From the NCBI RefSeq assembly GCF_009914755.1, contig NC_060947.1: a stretch of DNA of 64,000 nucleotides. One strand, given 5' to 3'. The stretch is from the human T2T-CHM13v2.0 reference genome, Homo sapiens. The translations under genes were made by a program, and so were the position numbers. The notes beneath the pieces are model-generated. The model was given only the letters and a program-made list of their open reading frames with translations. It was not told where the DNA came from and did not search any database. Shown here in pieces: positions 45,720 through 64,000 of this stretch (position 1 is its first letter; the number at the start of each line of letters is the position of its first letter).

Positions 45720-45940
45720 ATCTATTTTATTTTATTATTATTATACTTTAAGTTTTAGGGTACATGTGCACAATGTGCAGGTTAGTTACATATGTATACA
45801 TGTGCCATGCTGGTGTGCTGCACCCATTAACTCGTCATTTAGCATTAGGTGTATCTCCTAATGCTATCCCTCCATTGCGGCACTATTCACAATAGCAAAG
45901 ACTTGGAACCAACTGAAATGTCCAACAATGATAGACTGGA
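45720..45940 (-). mobile_element. Tiny (~220 bp) twin-primed L1PA2/3 insertion: 3'UTR on minus (45720-45873) plus inverted ORF2 end on plus (45874-45940)
   Basis: Perfect 17-bp TSD TTATTCTAATTTTCTTT at 45703-45719 and 45941-45957. Confidence 0.92.
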
Positions 45941-46137
45941 TTATTCTAATTTTCTTTTAATTTTTGATTTATATAATTTCTATCAATTTATCTTCAAGTC
46001 TGCTAATTCTTATACCATGAAGTATCTTTAGTAAATTGTTCATTTTTCATTATTGTATCTATCAATTCCATAGTTTTCATTTTAATAACTTATCTCTTTA
46101 TTAATATTCTCTGATGAAACATTGTCAATTACCTGTT

Positions 46138-47712
46138 TGATACAGTTTGGATCTGTGTGCCCACTAAATCTCATGTCGAATTGTAATCCTCAATGTTGAA
46201 GGTGGGACCTGGTGGAAGGTGATTGGATTATGGGGGCAAATATTTCATAAATGGTATAGCACCATCTCTCTTGGTGATGTCCTCATGATAGCAAGTTCTC
46301 ATGAGATCTGGTTGCTTAAAAGTGTTTCGCAGCTCTCCCCTCTCACTTTTGCTCCTGCTCTGGCCATGTGACATATCTGCTCCCCTTTTACTTTCTGCCA
46401 TAATTACAAGTTTTATGAGGCCTCTCCAGAGCCCAATCATATGCCGCTATATTTCCTGCACAGCCTGCTGAACCATGAGACAAGTAAACCTCTTTTCTTT
46501 ATAAAGTACCCAATCCCAGGTATTTCTTTATAGCAATATGAGAAAAGACTAATACAGAAAATTGGTACCAAGGCTTAAAGCATTGTTATCAAGATACCAA
46601 AAAATGTGAAAGCAGTTTTGGAATTGGGTAAGAGGCAGATGTTGGAAGTGTGTTGAGGGCTCAGAGGAAGACAGAAAGATGAGGGAATGTTTGGAAATTC
46701 CTAGAGATTGGTTAAATTGTTGTGACTAAAACACCAATAGTGATATGAACAATGAAGGCCAGGCTATAGAGGTCTCAGACAGATAAGAGAAACTTATTGG
46801 GAACTGGAAAAAAGGTCATTTTTGTTATGCTTGAACAAAGAATTTGGCTGCATTGTACGTCTGCCCTAAAGATCTGTGAAACTTTAATGTTCAGAATGAT
46901 AATTTAGGGTATCTGGTGGCTGGTGAAAGACATTTCTAAGCAGCAAAGCATTCAAGAAGTGTCCTGGCTGCTTCTAACAGCCTATGCTTATATGATATGC
47001 ATGAGCAAATAAATGACTTAAGGCTGGAACTTGTATTTAAAGGGTAAGTAGAGTATAGAAGTTTTGAAAATTTACAGCTTGGCCTTGTGGTAAAAATGAA
47101 AAGCTTATTTGCAGGGGAAGAAATCAGGCAAGCAGCAGAAATTTTCATAACTAAAAAGGAGCCAAGTTTTAACAGCCAAGAAAATGGGGAAAAAGCCTCA
47201 AAGGCATTTCAGAAATCACCGTGGCAGCCACTCCTATCATGGACCCTGAGGCATAAGGGGACCAAATAGTTTGTGGGCCAGCGTAAGGACCCCAATGCCC
47301 TGCATAACATGGTTACAATGCAACCTGCATTCCAGCCATTCCAGCTCCAGCCATACCTCAAAGGTGCCTAAGTACAGCTTGAGCTGCTGCTTCAGAGGGT
47401 GAAAGTGGAAAGTCTTTGTGGTTTTCACATGGTGTTAAGTCTGTGGGTGCACAGAATGTAAGAGTAAAAGGCATGGGAACCTTGACCTAGATTTTAGGGG
47501 ATGTATTGAAAACCCTGCATGTCCAGAAAGAAGCCTGCTGCAAGGGTGGAACCTTCACGAGAACCTCTACTAGGACAGTGTGAAGAAAAAAATGTGGGTA
47601 TGGAGCCACCACACAAAGTCCCCACTGGGACATTGCCTAGTGGAGGTGTGAGAATAGGTCTATTATCCTCCAGACCCAGAAAAATTAGATCCACTGACAA
47701 CTTGTACCCTGC
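46138..47712 (+). mobile_element. MSTA 5' LTR (46138-46556) plus partial MSTA internal region
   Basis: TGATACAGTTTGGATCTGTG..GACTAATACA followed by GAAAATTGGTACCA and MaLR internal sequence. Confidence 0.88.
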
Positions 47713-48140
47713 TTGGCTTCTGGAGAGGCCTCATAAAACTGACAATCATGATGGAATGTAAAGGAAGAACAGACATATTCCATGACCAGAGAAGGAGCAA
47801 GAGAGAGAGGGAGGAGGTCATACATACTTTTAAACAATCAAATCTCATGAGAACTCACTATCATGACGACAGCACCACCGTGGATCATGCTAAACCATTC
47901 ATGAGAAATCTGCCTCAATGATCCAATCACCCACCACCAGGCCCCATCTTCAACACTGAGGATTACAATTCCACATGAGATTTGGTGAGGACACAGATCC
48001 AAACCATATAATTCCACTCCTGGCATCTGCAAATCTTATGTCCTCACATTGCAAAATACAATCATGCTTTCCCAACAGTCTCCTGAAGTCTTAACACATT
48101 CCAGCATTAACTGAAATTCCAAGGTCCAAAGTCACATCTC
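47713..48140 (-). mobile_element. Inverted MSTA piece: internal 3' end plus most of an LTR
   Basis: Antisense LTR ending cagatccaaaccatat, followed by the antisense internal terminus (tcctcacattgcaaaatacaatcatg). Confidence 0.82.
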
Positions 48141-48373
48141 ATTTATAAGTTGGAGCTAAATTATGAGAACACATGAACACAAAGAGGAAAACAACACACA
48201 CTGGGGCCTATTGGAGAGTAAAGGGTGGGAAGAGGGAGAGGATCAGGAAAAATAACTAACAAATATTTTGCTTAATTCCTGGGTGATGAAATAATCAGTA
48301 CAAGAAACCCCCATGAAACAAGTTTACTTATGTAACAAAGCTACACATGTACCCCTAAACTTAAAATAAGAAA
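48141..48373 (+). mobile_element. L1PA13-15-like 3'UTR tail
   Basis: gagaggatcaggaaaaataact..cccccatga..catgtacccctaaacttaaaataa. Confidence 0.8.
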
Positions 48374-51290
48374 TGAACATAGAATACTGTTTGAGGTCAG
48401 TGTTTGAGATTAGTTCTGACCCTGTAATGTCACTTAGTGGTGTCTTTCCTTGGTTCTCTTTGGTAAATTAGCTGGGCTAAAATTTAGCCTTTATCTCTGA
48501 TGAATTCACTTCCACTGTTTTTGAGCATACCCTTAGGCTTGAACTTCTTCAAACTCTGTTGAAAATAAATGTCAGTTCCTTTGAGAAGAGCTTCAGAGCT
48601 CTCTGTTTTATGGTCCTTTTCCTTGGGCAAATTCTATTAACAATGACTAGGGGCAGGGACAGTTATGTCCTTCACTCTGAGTGACACCTCTGTTATTGGA
48701 AATCAGCACACAGCAGAGAGAGATAGTCGTACATTCTGTTCTGTGTGGCTTGTCTTTCCAGTTTTAGAATCTTTGCTTTATAAATAAGCTGGGAAATTAT
48801 AATTAAAAATGTGCCAGTATTATCAGTGCACTGTGGCCAATTTAGAGCTTCTTTCCTATATGAGTGGGACTGGGTGAAAGAAAAAAGCCTCTCTTTTTAG
48901 TCGCAATAACCAAAAACACAGCTTCAGTAACAGGTAACTGGGGAGAAAAATGATAAAAGGTGATGTTGTGCCCCTCCTGGAAGATACCATAGCTCTCCAA
49001 CTGGGAGCTAAGGGGAAGACAAGTTTTGGTATGGCTGTATTTCTGTAGAGTTTTTCTCATGCTGAGTTAGGAGGGGAGTGGCGGAAAATGTAGTATGGTT
49101 CAAATAAAATAGATTTTTATGTTCTTTAATTAGGTTTTATATAGTAATGGTTTTTCATTTGCTGTCTGTATCTAGGAACACTTTCCAAGACTTTAAATGT
49201 TTTTTTAAATATAATTTATCCCAGTTTAACTGCGGAGTCGGCCTATACTACTAGGAGGGAAATCTTACCAGGTTGCTTCTTAATCATAGAAGAGGCAGTA
49301 GCTCCCTTGGTGGTTTAGTTCTGCAATATGACTGCAAATTGTTCCTGAAAGTATAACCTAGAGTTTATTTCTTCAGTAGTTTGAATTAGTTGGTAAGCTA
49401 TTCCCTTTAATAAATTCATTTCTGCTTAAATTAGGTAAAATTCATTTCATTTTCAGCAACTGAACACTTACCAATAGACTTCAAGGTACTCAGAGCATGC
49501 TGATTATACAGTGATCTAAACATCTTGTTTCAGGTCTTAATTTCACATTTACAAACATAAATCTTGGCCTTTCGCACCTATGTGATTTTGCATTTATATA
49601 TTGTCTCTTTTCAAGCCAGGTGACCCTAGAGAAATTATTCTTGTTTCCAGAATCATAGATACAGGTAAGTTTTTTGTCCGAAATTTACTCTCTTGCTAGC
49701 TAATTTTTCTATGCATATCTCTTTAATGTCTATAATATATCTCTCATAATTATTCTGGATAAGGTGAGTTTAAGCTGTTTCTGAATTGTGCTTGGTTTTG
49801 ACTTCTGATTTCACTTTATTTCCAACCAATGGCTGATTATGCTACACCTTATACCTTGCTAACAATTAGAAGCAGATTCTTCACCAGCCAGTTAACTTCA
49901 ATGACCATTTTGAATAGGAGATTTTACTGTTGTCTGAACTGTAATCAGGGAAATATAATTATCTTAGAGTCATATCATAGAAGTACTTAGCATTCAAGTA
50001 CCCCTCATTAGCTGGGCTTCAATCTCTGATCCTTTCATGGGCCAAGTCTTAGAGAATAGTTCATAATTCTGCAAGTTGGTGGATATATAATGTCCAGGCT
50101 AGCTGACAAGCAAGGTCTTTATTACAGTACACACAACAGCATTATTGTTGCAAACATCTTCTGATAAATATAATGATTCTAAATCCTTTTTTTAGAAGAA
50201 AAAGTCACATTTGCCTTTTACAATCTCTTGTTAATTAATAAACATTACTTAGTAGAGAAGTTATAGGTTCTTAGCAAAATTGAGTAAAAAGTTAAAAGAG
50301 TTTCCATCTGCCTCTGGTCTCACACGAGGACAACCTCCCTCACTATCAACATCCTGACTCAGAGTGTTACAATTGTTACAATCAATGAACCTACATTAGC
50401 AATTTATTATCAAACAAAGTCCACAGTTTACCTTGAGGCTCACTCTGGGTGTTGTACGTTCTATGGATTTTGACAAAGGTATAATAACATGTATTTACAA
50501 TTATGGTGTTTTACAGAATGGTTTTCCTGTCCTAAAATTTTTTTGTGCTCTTTCTATTCATATTTCCCTCCCCTCTCAACCCTTGACAACCACTAATCTT
50601 TTTACTATCTCTATAGTTTTTCCTTTTCCAGAATGTCATATAATTGGAATCATACAGTATGTAGCCTCTTTAGATTGGGTTCTTTCACTTGGTAACATGC
50701 ATTTAGAGTACCTTCATGCCTTTTCATAAATAAATAGCTAATTTATTTTTAGTGCTCAGTAATACGCCATTGTCTGGCTGCATCACAGTTTATGTATTCA
50801 ATACCTACTTAAGGACATCTTGGTTGCTTCCAAGTGCTGGCAATTATAAATAAAGGTGGTCTAAACAATTTTATTCAGGTTTTATGTGGAAATAAGTCTT
50901 TAATACTTTTGGGTAAATATTAAGGAGTGTGATTATAAGAACTTATGGTAAAAGTATGTTAAATTTTCTAAGAAACTACCTAACTACCCACCAAAGTGGT
51001 TGTACCATTTTGCAATCCCAGCAGTAATGAATGAAAGATCCTGCTTTTCTACATCCTCTCCAGCATTTGATGTTGTTAGTGTTTAGATGTCATCCATTTT
51101 AATAGGTGTGTAGTAGTAGCTCATTGTTGTTTTAATTTGCAGTTCCCTACAAAAATATGATGCTGAGCATATAATATTTTCATGTGCTTACTTGCCATCT
51201 GCATATATACTTTGATAAAGTATCTGTTCAAGTCTTTTGCTCATTTTTAAAAATTGAGTTGCTCCATATATTACTATTGAGTTTTATAAG

Positions 51291-51879
51291 TGTTTGAAAT
51301 GCTTTTTCCTCGGTGCCATAAAGAAATAGCACTTGAAGGTAAATTTAATTTCCTCAGCAAGGCCATTTTAACTTTCTGCAGAAAGCGTACACTTGCCAGC
51401 GGTTTTGCCATGAGAGTACACCGAACAAAGGAGACAGGGTCATTTATAACCTGACACATCCACCCTACTGCTGTGTCTGGTTTCCGTTGGCTGGAATGGA
51501 ACCTCACATTCTGCATTTTTCCCGACTGGCAAGCAACTTAGAACTTTTTAAAAGAAGCAAAGGCAGAGGAGAAAAAAGAAGGAGGAAGTAAACTTGTGGA
51601 ATGTTGAGAAAGGTAAAAACACCTTCAAATAAGGAAGATGAAAAGGCTATGACTTAATGCTTGCTTGGACCAGTATAAGCATGCCAGGGCAAATATTTAG
51701 GCTAAATTGTGGGAGCTAAGAATATAAAGTACATTGATTTCTTTATTACGGCTAGCAGATATTTAAGAATGTTAGAACAGCTCTTTGAATAAATTTTGCT
51801 TCTAAGAGAAGTTGCTATTTATTCCTAATTAGATGGGGAGGAAAGTCTTTGAAGAGGAACCTCTACTTTACTTTTTACA
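51291..51879 (-). mobile_element. LTR10(C)-like solo LTR (HERV-I group)
   Basis: Minus strand TGTAAAAAGTAAAGTAGAGGTTCCTCTTCAAAG...CATTTCAAACA; 589 bp; TSD TAAG. Confidence 0.75.
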
Positions 51880-54102
51880 TAAGTTTTTAAATATATATTT
51901 AGATAATAGTCATTTATAAAATGTGTCTTTTGCAAATACTTTTTTCCAGTTTTGGCTTGCCTTCTCATTTTCTCAAAAGTGACTTTTTTAAGAGCAGAAG
52001 TTTGTAATTTCAATGAAGTCCAGCTTATCGATTATTTATTTCATAAATCATGCCTTTAGTCTTGTAAAAATTATCACCATACTCAAAATAATCTGGTTTC
52101 TCTTTTCTGTTATCTTCTAGAAGTTTTATAGTTTTGTGTTTTATTTTGATGTCCATGATTTGTTTTCAGTTAATTTTCTTGAAAGATATTAAGTTCTGTG
52201 TCAACATTCTTTTATTTTAATAGATATGTCCATATATTCCAACACATTTGTTGAAAATACTATGTTTGCTCAATTTTATTGCCTTTGCTCCTTTGGTCAA
52301 AGATTAATGAACTACATTATGTGGGTTTATTTCTGGTCTCTGTATATAGTTACACTGATCCATTTGTTCTTTCACAAATAGAAAACTGTCATTATTACTT
52401 TAGCTTTACAGTAAGTCTTGAAGTCAGGTACTATCAGTACTCCATATTTGTTCTTCTTTAATATTGAATCGGCAATCATGAGTTCTTTACCTCTTCATAT
52501 AAGCATTAGAATCAATTTTTCACTATTCACACTACTTGCTGGGATTTTGATTGGGATTGGTTGTATATATAGATAGATCAAGTTAAAAAGCTCTAGCATA
52601 TTAAAAACATTGAGGCTTTCTATCTATAAACATGGAATATATCTCCATTTATTTAATTATTGATTTCTTTATTAGTTTTGTAGTTTTAAAAAATATAGCT
52701 CTTGCACATGTGTTGTTAAATTTATACCTATGTATTTTATTTCTGTGGGTGCTAATGTAAGTGGTAATGTGTTTTTAATTTAAAATTCTACTGTGTCTTT
52801 TTTTGCTAATATATAAAAAGTCAACTGACTTCAGTAAATTAAACTTATATTCTGCAACCTGGCTATAATTGCTTATTAGTTCTAGGAGGTTTTTGTTGAT
52901 TCTTTTGGATTTTCTACATAGATATTAATGTCTTCTGTCAACAAAGACAGTTTCGTTACTTCCTTTTCAGTCTGCATAACTTTTATTTCCTTTTATTGTC
53001 TTATTGTGTTACAAAGAAATTCCAGGATGATGTTTAAAAGCAGTGGTAAGATGGTATGTCCTTGCCTTGTTCCTGATCTTAGTAGATAAGCGTCAGGTTT
53101 TTCACTATTAAGGTGGTGTTACCTATACTATTTTTTGTAAATGTTACTAATCAAGTTGAAAAAGTCCCCCACTGTTACTAGTTGTTTTAGAGTTTTAATT
53201 ATAAAATGATATTAAGTTTTGTCAGATGCTTTTTCTGCATCACTTTATATGATCAAGTGGTTTTTCATCTTTAGTCTGCTGACATTAGGGAGTTTTAAGT
53301 ATTCTTGAAATATTGACTACTTTATCCTTATTTAACACCCCCCTTTAATAACTTTCTTGATTCTAAAGTCTTCTCTGAGATTAATACAGTTGCTTCTGCT
53401 ATCTTTTCATTAGTGTTATTATGGTATATCTTTATCCATCCTTTTACTTTTAATCTATATGTGTTTTTATATTTACAGTGGGTTCTTTTTTCTGGTCAAA
53501 TTATAGTTGAGTTTTGTTTTTAATATCCACTCTGACTGTTTCTGCCTTTAAATCAGTGTATCTAAACCATTGACATTCAAGGTAATTATTGATACAGTTG
53601 GATTAATATCTACTACAATTATTACTATTTTGTCTAGTTGTTGCCCTTGTTCTTTGTTTCTATTTTTGTTTTTCATACTTTTTCTATCTTTTGTAATTTT
53701 AATTGAGAATTTTATGTGCTTTCTTTTTCTCTCTTTTTTTTAGCATATCGATTATATTTATTTAAAAAATTTTTTCTAGTGGTTGTTCTAGAGTTTGCAA
53801 TACACATGTACAACTAATCCAAGATTACTTTCAAATAACACTATACTATTTCATAGGTAGTGTGAGTACCTTATAATAACAATATATTTCTAATTTCTCC
53901 CTCTTATTTCTTGTATAATTTATGTTATCCATTTTATTTACATGTAAGCATTTCACATGAGTTGTTGGTGTTATTATTTTGAACAAATTATTATTTTTAG
54001 GTCAATTAAAAATAAGAAAATAAAAGTTTTTATACTACCTTCACTTAGTCATTCTCTAAGGTTCTTTCTTTCTTTATGTAGATATGCATTTCTCACTCAT
54101 AT

Positions 54103-54522
54103 TGTGTTAGTTCATTTTTTGTGTTGCTATATAGAATTAACTGAGGCTGAATAATTTGTTTAAAAAAATAGTTTACATTGACTGATAATTTTGCAGGCTG
54201 TACTGAAATCACGGCACCAGCATCTGCCCCTAGCGAGGGCCTCAGGAAGATTTCAATCATGGCAAAATGTGAAAGGGGAGTAAGCAAGTCACATGGTGAA
54301 AGAGAGAGCAAGAGAGAGAAGAAGGAGGTCTAAGACCTCTCCAAATGACCAGATTGAATTTAAATTAACTGAGCGAGAACTCTATCACCAAGCAGATAGC
54401 ACTAAGCAATTTATGAAAGAACCACAACTGTGATTCAATACCTGCCAACAGGCCATATCTACAACATTGGGGATCACATTTTAACATGAGATTTGGAGGG
54501 GACTCTCATCCCAATGATATAA
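54103..54522 (-). mobile_element. MSTB solo LTR
   Basis: gcaggctgtac..ggcaccagcatctgc..gagggcctcaggaag..catgagatttggagggga. Confidence 0.8.
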
Positions 54523-57500
54523 AATACTATTCTTCTTCTCTCTGAATAACTTCTTTTAATCTTCCTTGCAAGGCATGGCTAGTGGCAGCAAAAATTCTCA
54601 ATTTTTGTTAGATAGAGTCTTCATTTATCTTTCACTTTTGAAGGGTAATTTTATAGAATTTAGAATTCTAGGTTGTTGATACTTTCCTCTTAACTGTAAA
54701 TATTTCACTCCACTCTCTTAATGCTTGTGTGATTTCTGAGGGGCTGTTGGTTTTAATTGTTATTTGTTTTTCCGTAGGCAAGAGGTTTCCTACCCCCGTC
54801 CCCAGCTTCTTTCAAGATTTCTTAAGTTTTCTGCAGTTTGAACATTATATGCCTAGGTATGTTTCTTTTTTGTATTTATCCCACATGGTATTCTCTGCTT
54901 CCTGGATTTGTGCTTTTGTGTATGACATTAACGTGCAGAAATTCTCAGTCGATACTGCCTGAAATATGTCTTTTTTTATGTTCTCTCCTTTCTTCTCCTT
55001 CTGGCATTCCAATTAGGCATATGTTACACGTTTTGTCATTGAACAACAGTTCTTGAATATATTGAATTTTTTCCATCTTTTTTCTTTGAATTTTAGTTTT
55101 GGAAGTGCCTATTGTCATATTCTCAAGCACAGAGATTGTTTCCTCAATTATTTCTGGTCTGCTATTGAGCCTTTCAAAGGCATGCTTCATTTCTGTTACA
55201 GTGTTTTTTATCTCTAGCATTTCTCTTTGATTATTTCTTATAATTTCCATCTCTTGTATATTAGCTATATTTTTGTGTTATCTACTTTTCCATTAATGCC
55301 CATAACATATTAATCATAGTGATTTTTAAAAATCCCTAGTCTGACAATTCCAACATCATTGCCATATGTAACTCTGGTTCTTGTGCTTGCTTATTTTCTT
55401 CAAACTGTACTTTTTGTCTTCAAATATGCCTTGTATTTTTTAAATTAAAATATGGGCATGATGCACTTGATAAAGTAACTGAGGTAAATAGGCCTTTAAT
55501 AATGTAGTGATAAATTATGGAAAGTGAAGATAGCATTGTACAGTAACATAATTAGATCTCAGTCTTTTGATGAGTTGTGGTCCTGGATTGTAACCTCCAC
55601 TAGTGCTTCTTGTGTTTTTTCTCCCTTTTTAGGTGGAATAGAATGGCTAGGGGGGCTGGAGTTGTATATTTCCCTTCTCTTATGTGCAAAGCTAGAGTTG
55701 GCTAGAGTCAGATATTTACCTTTCCCCAGTTAGATTAGGCTCTGGTAAAATGCCAGCAGGTTAGATTCTGATAACATAGTTTCCTTGAAGGCAGACATTA
55801 TTTAGAAGTACAGCATGCTCTAGTGTATTACAAAATGATTCATTTTCCCATCCTCCCTGCTGGAAGCACAAGGAGATTATTTTTTCCTGATATTTACTGT
55901 GAGGACCTGGTGTAGCTTCTGGAGGTAAAATTTACAAAAGTATAGGGGATCCCCACATCCCTGACCACCATGGAGTTTTTAACTTTTTAGATTTGTCCAT
56001 ATTGAGACTCCACCGAGTCATCAATTACAATTTATGTTTTCCTCTCCAAGCATTGGTTCTGATAGAGGTTTCTGCTAGTGATCCACCCCTGCGCCCCCCA
56101 ACCCTGTGGTTACATTGTAGTCTCTGTATTTTCGTGAATGTCTCTCCAGTTTTGAAGGTATTAGCTTTTCCTGTGACCTTACTTATTTGATAGATCTAAG
56201 AAGAACTGTTGACATGTAAGTTTGTTTAGCATTTTACTTTGATTTTAGGGCAGAGTGGTAATTTCTAAATTTCTTACATACCAAATCAGAGACCTGTCTT
56301 TGAAAACTTTAAAGAATGGGAAGTTTATCCAAATGACCAAAAATGAATCAGAAATAGTCTGTTGAATAAAAACATTTCAGAAAGCAACAGACCAGGACAT
56401 TATTTTTTTGGAACCTGAAACAAACTGACGAAAGTAAATGAGATCTTATTTATGTAGAAATTGCAATTTAAGGTGTTTAGAATATATTTATGCTAAAGAC
56501 ATTTACAGGACATTATAATTGTTAAAAACCCTCTTTATATCTGTAAAGCACATGTTTACTCTTCTTGTTATATCTATCAGTTACCATATAAATACAGAAA
56601 TCAGATTTTTTTTTGCTCAAGCAAAAAAAATAATTATAATGTGAATTAAACAACTTAGTATATTGACCATTTGGGGATTTAAAAATAATAAAAGAAACAT
56701 GAATAAAGTTCTCTACACTAAACCATTTAGAATACCAGTAATAAAAGGTTTAAAATAAATATTTATGCAATGGAATATAACCTTCAGCAATTATTCTATG
56801 CCAAAAAAAAAAAAAAAAAAAAAAAAAACAGGGCAAAATTAGAGCTTTTTCCAAAAAGTAAAGAAAAACAGGCAACAAGCCTGAAAAAAACTATAATATT
56901 TTGTGTGGTTGGCTTGAATAAGAAATTGCATTTATTCCCCAGGACAAAAAAAAAAAAAATCAATTACCAACCCTTAGCATTCCCTCCCTGAGTTATCATA
57001 CCTCATCCAATAAGTAAAAAAGATAAACCTTAGTCAGCATAATAAACTACTAGAGTCTCTCCTACTTTCATTGAAATTGGGACAAAAAAAAATAACCAGC
57101 AGATAAATTTTTTTTTTTTAAAGTTGATGTATTGCTCTATTCTTGTTTTAATTTTTTAATGGTAACAATTTAACTTTTTACTGGTAAAATCTAATTTGAA
57201 AAGATATTTTTAACTGAAAAGCAAGGAAGGTAAATATATTCTGAAAAAATACACTAAGGCAAGAAAAAATACATTTATATTAATGAATAAGCAACTTTTC
57301 TTTCCCCCCAAAAATGTATAATAAACACCAGTTCAGAATCTTGATTACCCCTGGTGTTAGATGGAGGGTAAGTATGAGGAATAGGAGAAGAAAGTGATTG
57401 AAATTATGTAGGAGAATAGCAGCTTTCAACTGTTATTATGGAATTTTATTTTCTAAGCTAGTTACTGAGGTGTCATTTAATCAGTCTTTATAATTTTTAA

Positions 57501-57743
57501 TGTATTAAATATTTTAGAACACATCTTTTACATTACATCTAAAGCAGTAGGGCCACAAATAACTTAAAAAGATTGTTTCCCTTTTCTCTTTCTACCTCTA
57601 AGGAAGGTTATGTCAAAACCACAATGCAAAAGCCAATGCATTTCTTATACGTATTGTTTGTAAAAATCACACACAGAATATACTTTGTCATTTCAGTGGC
57701 TATCAATTTATATGCTCAGTGTAGGTTATAAAAAATTAAATCA

Positions 57744-58046
57744 GGCTAGGCGCAGTGGCTCAGGCCTGTAATCCCAGCACTTTGGGAGGCTGAGGCAGGT
57801 GGATCACCTGAGATCAGGAGTTCGAGATCAGCCTGGTCAACATGGCTAAACCCCGTCTCTACTAAAAGTACAAAACTTAGCCGGGCATGGTGGCAGGCGC
57901 CTGTAATCCCAGCTACTCAGGAGGCTGAGGCAGGAGAATCACTTGAACTTGGGGGGTGGAGGTTGTAGTGAGCCAAGATTGCACCACTGCACTCCAGCCT
58001 AGGTGACAAGAGTGAGACTTCATCTCAATAAAAAAAAAAAATAATA
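57744..58046 (+). mobile_element. AluS (Sq/Sx-like)
   Basis: Full dimer with A tail; TSD AATTAAATCA. Confidence 0.92.
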
Positions 58047-58734
58047 ATTAAATCAATCCTCTTTAGCCTGAAAGTTATTGCTCTTTTTACTAATGGTTTC
58101 AGAGCCTTATATTTCTATGACATTTCCTCTTTTGAGATGAGAAAATTTTAAAATACAAAGATTTTCTGAGAGAACTGTATTAAAATATAAGAAAGTTTTA
58201 ATTGAACAGATGTTAAAATTATGGAAGGAATTGCCATCTGCTAGTATGTTTCAGGCTCTTGTGAACATGTGAGGAATGCCTGCCTAACCCATATCTCATT
58301 CTTTTAGAAGTAGTTTCTATACCTCCAGCTGAATAAATTGTTCTTACTAGCTTATGCCCATCCTGCCCTTATGCCCCATAATATAGTCAGGCCATCAGGA
58401 TTCTTTTTCTACAATTTAAACTAATCAATTTAGAGATTGACAATCAGAAAATCTTTAAAACAACAAAAATGCAAATACTTAAACCATATCCATTGATAGG
58501 CAGAAGGGAGATTTACATAGGGAAACAGGAGAAATGAGCAGATGTCAATAATAAACTGAGATAAAAGATCAAGTGGTCCAAAAAAGGGACAATAGCTAGG
58601 TTCCTTACGTATAAATATTCAGATAATACAAAGGCCTATTTTAAAGACATTGGCTAATGTTTTAAGTGATATTGGAAGCAAATGAATGAGTTTTAGCAAG
58701 GATTTATATATGTAGACTTAGATTTAAAAAAATC

Positions 58735-64000
<5,266 letters not shown>

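Larger units (their letters stand above)
43805..49250 (-). mobile_element. Ancient L1M fragments (ORF2/ORF1/5' region), interrupted by a small L1PA3, MSTA and an L1PA tail
   Basis: YANKLNSL..IEKFLEKH (ORF2) and IKHTNL..NFNQHILETQQ (ORF1) remnants; T-rich antisense L1 texture; right boundary uncertain. Confidence 0.6.
50235..56295 (-). mobile_element. L1MC/L1MD-type LINE-1, internally deleted; hosts LTR10 and MSTB
   Basis: L1MC-type 3'UTR (gttacaatcaatgaacctaca..gttctatggattttgacaaa), ORF2 remnants, ORF1 coiled coil (NQREMLEIKNTVTEMKHAF). Confidence 0.75.

Noticed and set aside
56770-56991. Lys-rich ORF and A tracts (also 15318-15340)
   Set aside because: Poly(A) runs with no attached identifiable retrocopy or TSD.

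Overview
This is primate (most likely human or great-ape) genomic DNA made almost entirely of nested transposable elements, with no intact protein-coding gene, RNA gene or CRISPR array. Subfamily names are from remembered consensus sequences and need RepeatMasker/Dfam confirmation. Left block (0.5-13.6 kb): an L2 contains a full-length Tigger1, which contains an old minus-strand L1, which contains LTR1, MSTA, a complete THE1C and LTR2 (TSDs visible). Middle block (18.5-35.5 kb): an old plus-strand L1 with a ~280-bp-monomer 5'UTR hosts a 5.7-kb two-LTR HERV-H provirus and a twin-primed (5'-inverted) L1PA3. Right block: L1MA/L1M/L1MC fragments with MER4A, MER41 (carrying a ~440-bp purine-pyrimidine microsatellite), LTR10, MST and Alu insertions, a second ~220-bp twin-primed L1, a partly inverted MSTA, and a near-full-length dead L1PA4-like element running off the end. 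The only gene-like non-repeat sequence is an orphan terminal-exon-like segment at 42742-43806 (acceptor-like AG, 125 open codons, stop, 3'UTR with AluJ, AATAAA). Its frame matches the upstream HERV-H splice donor, which gives a testable but speculative chimeric-transcript hypothesis. I cannot support a new biological system from the sequence alone.
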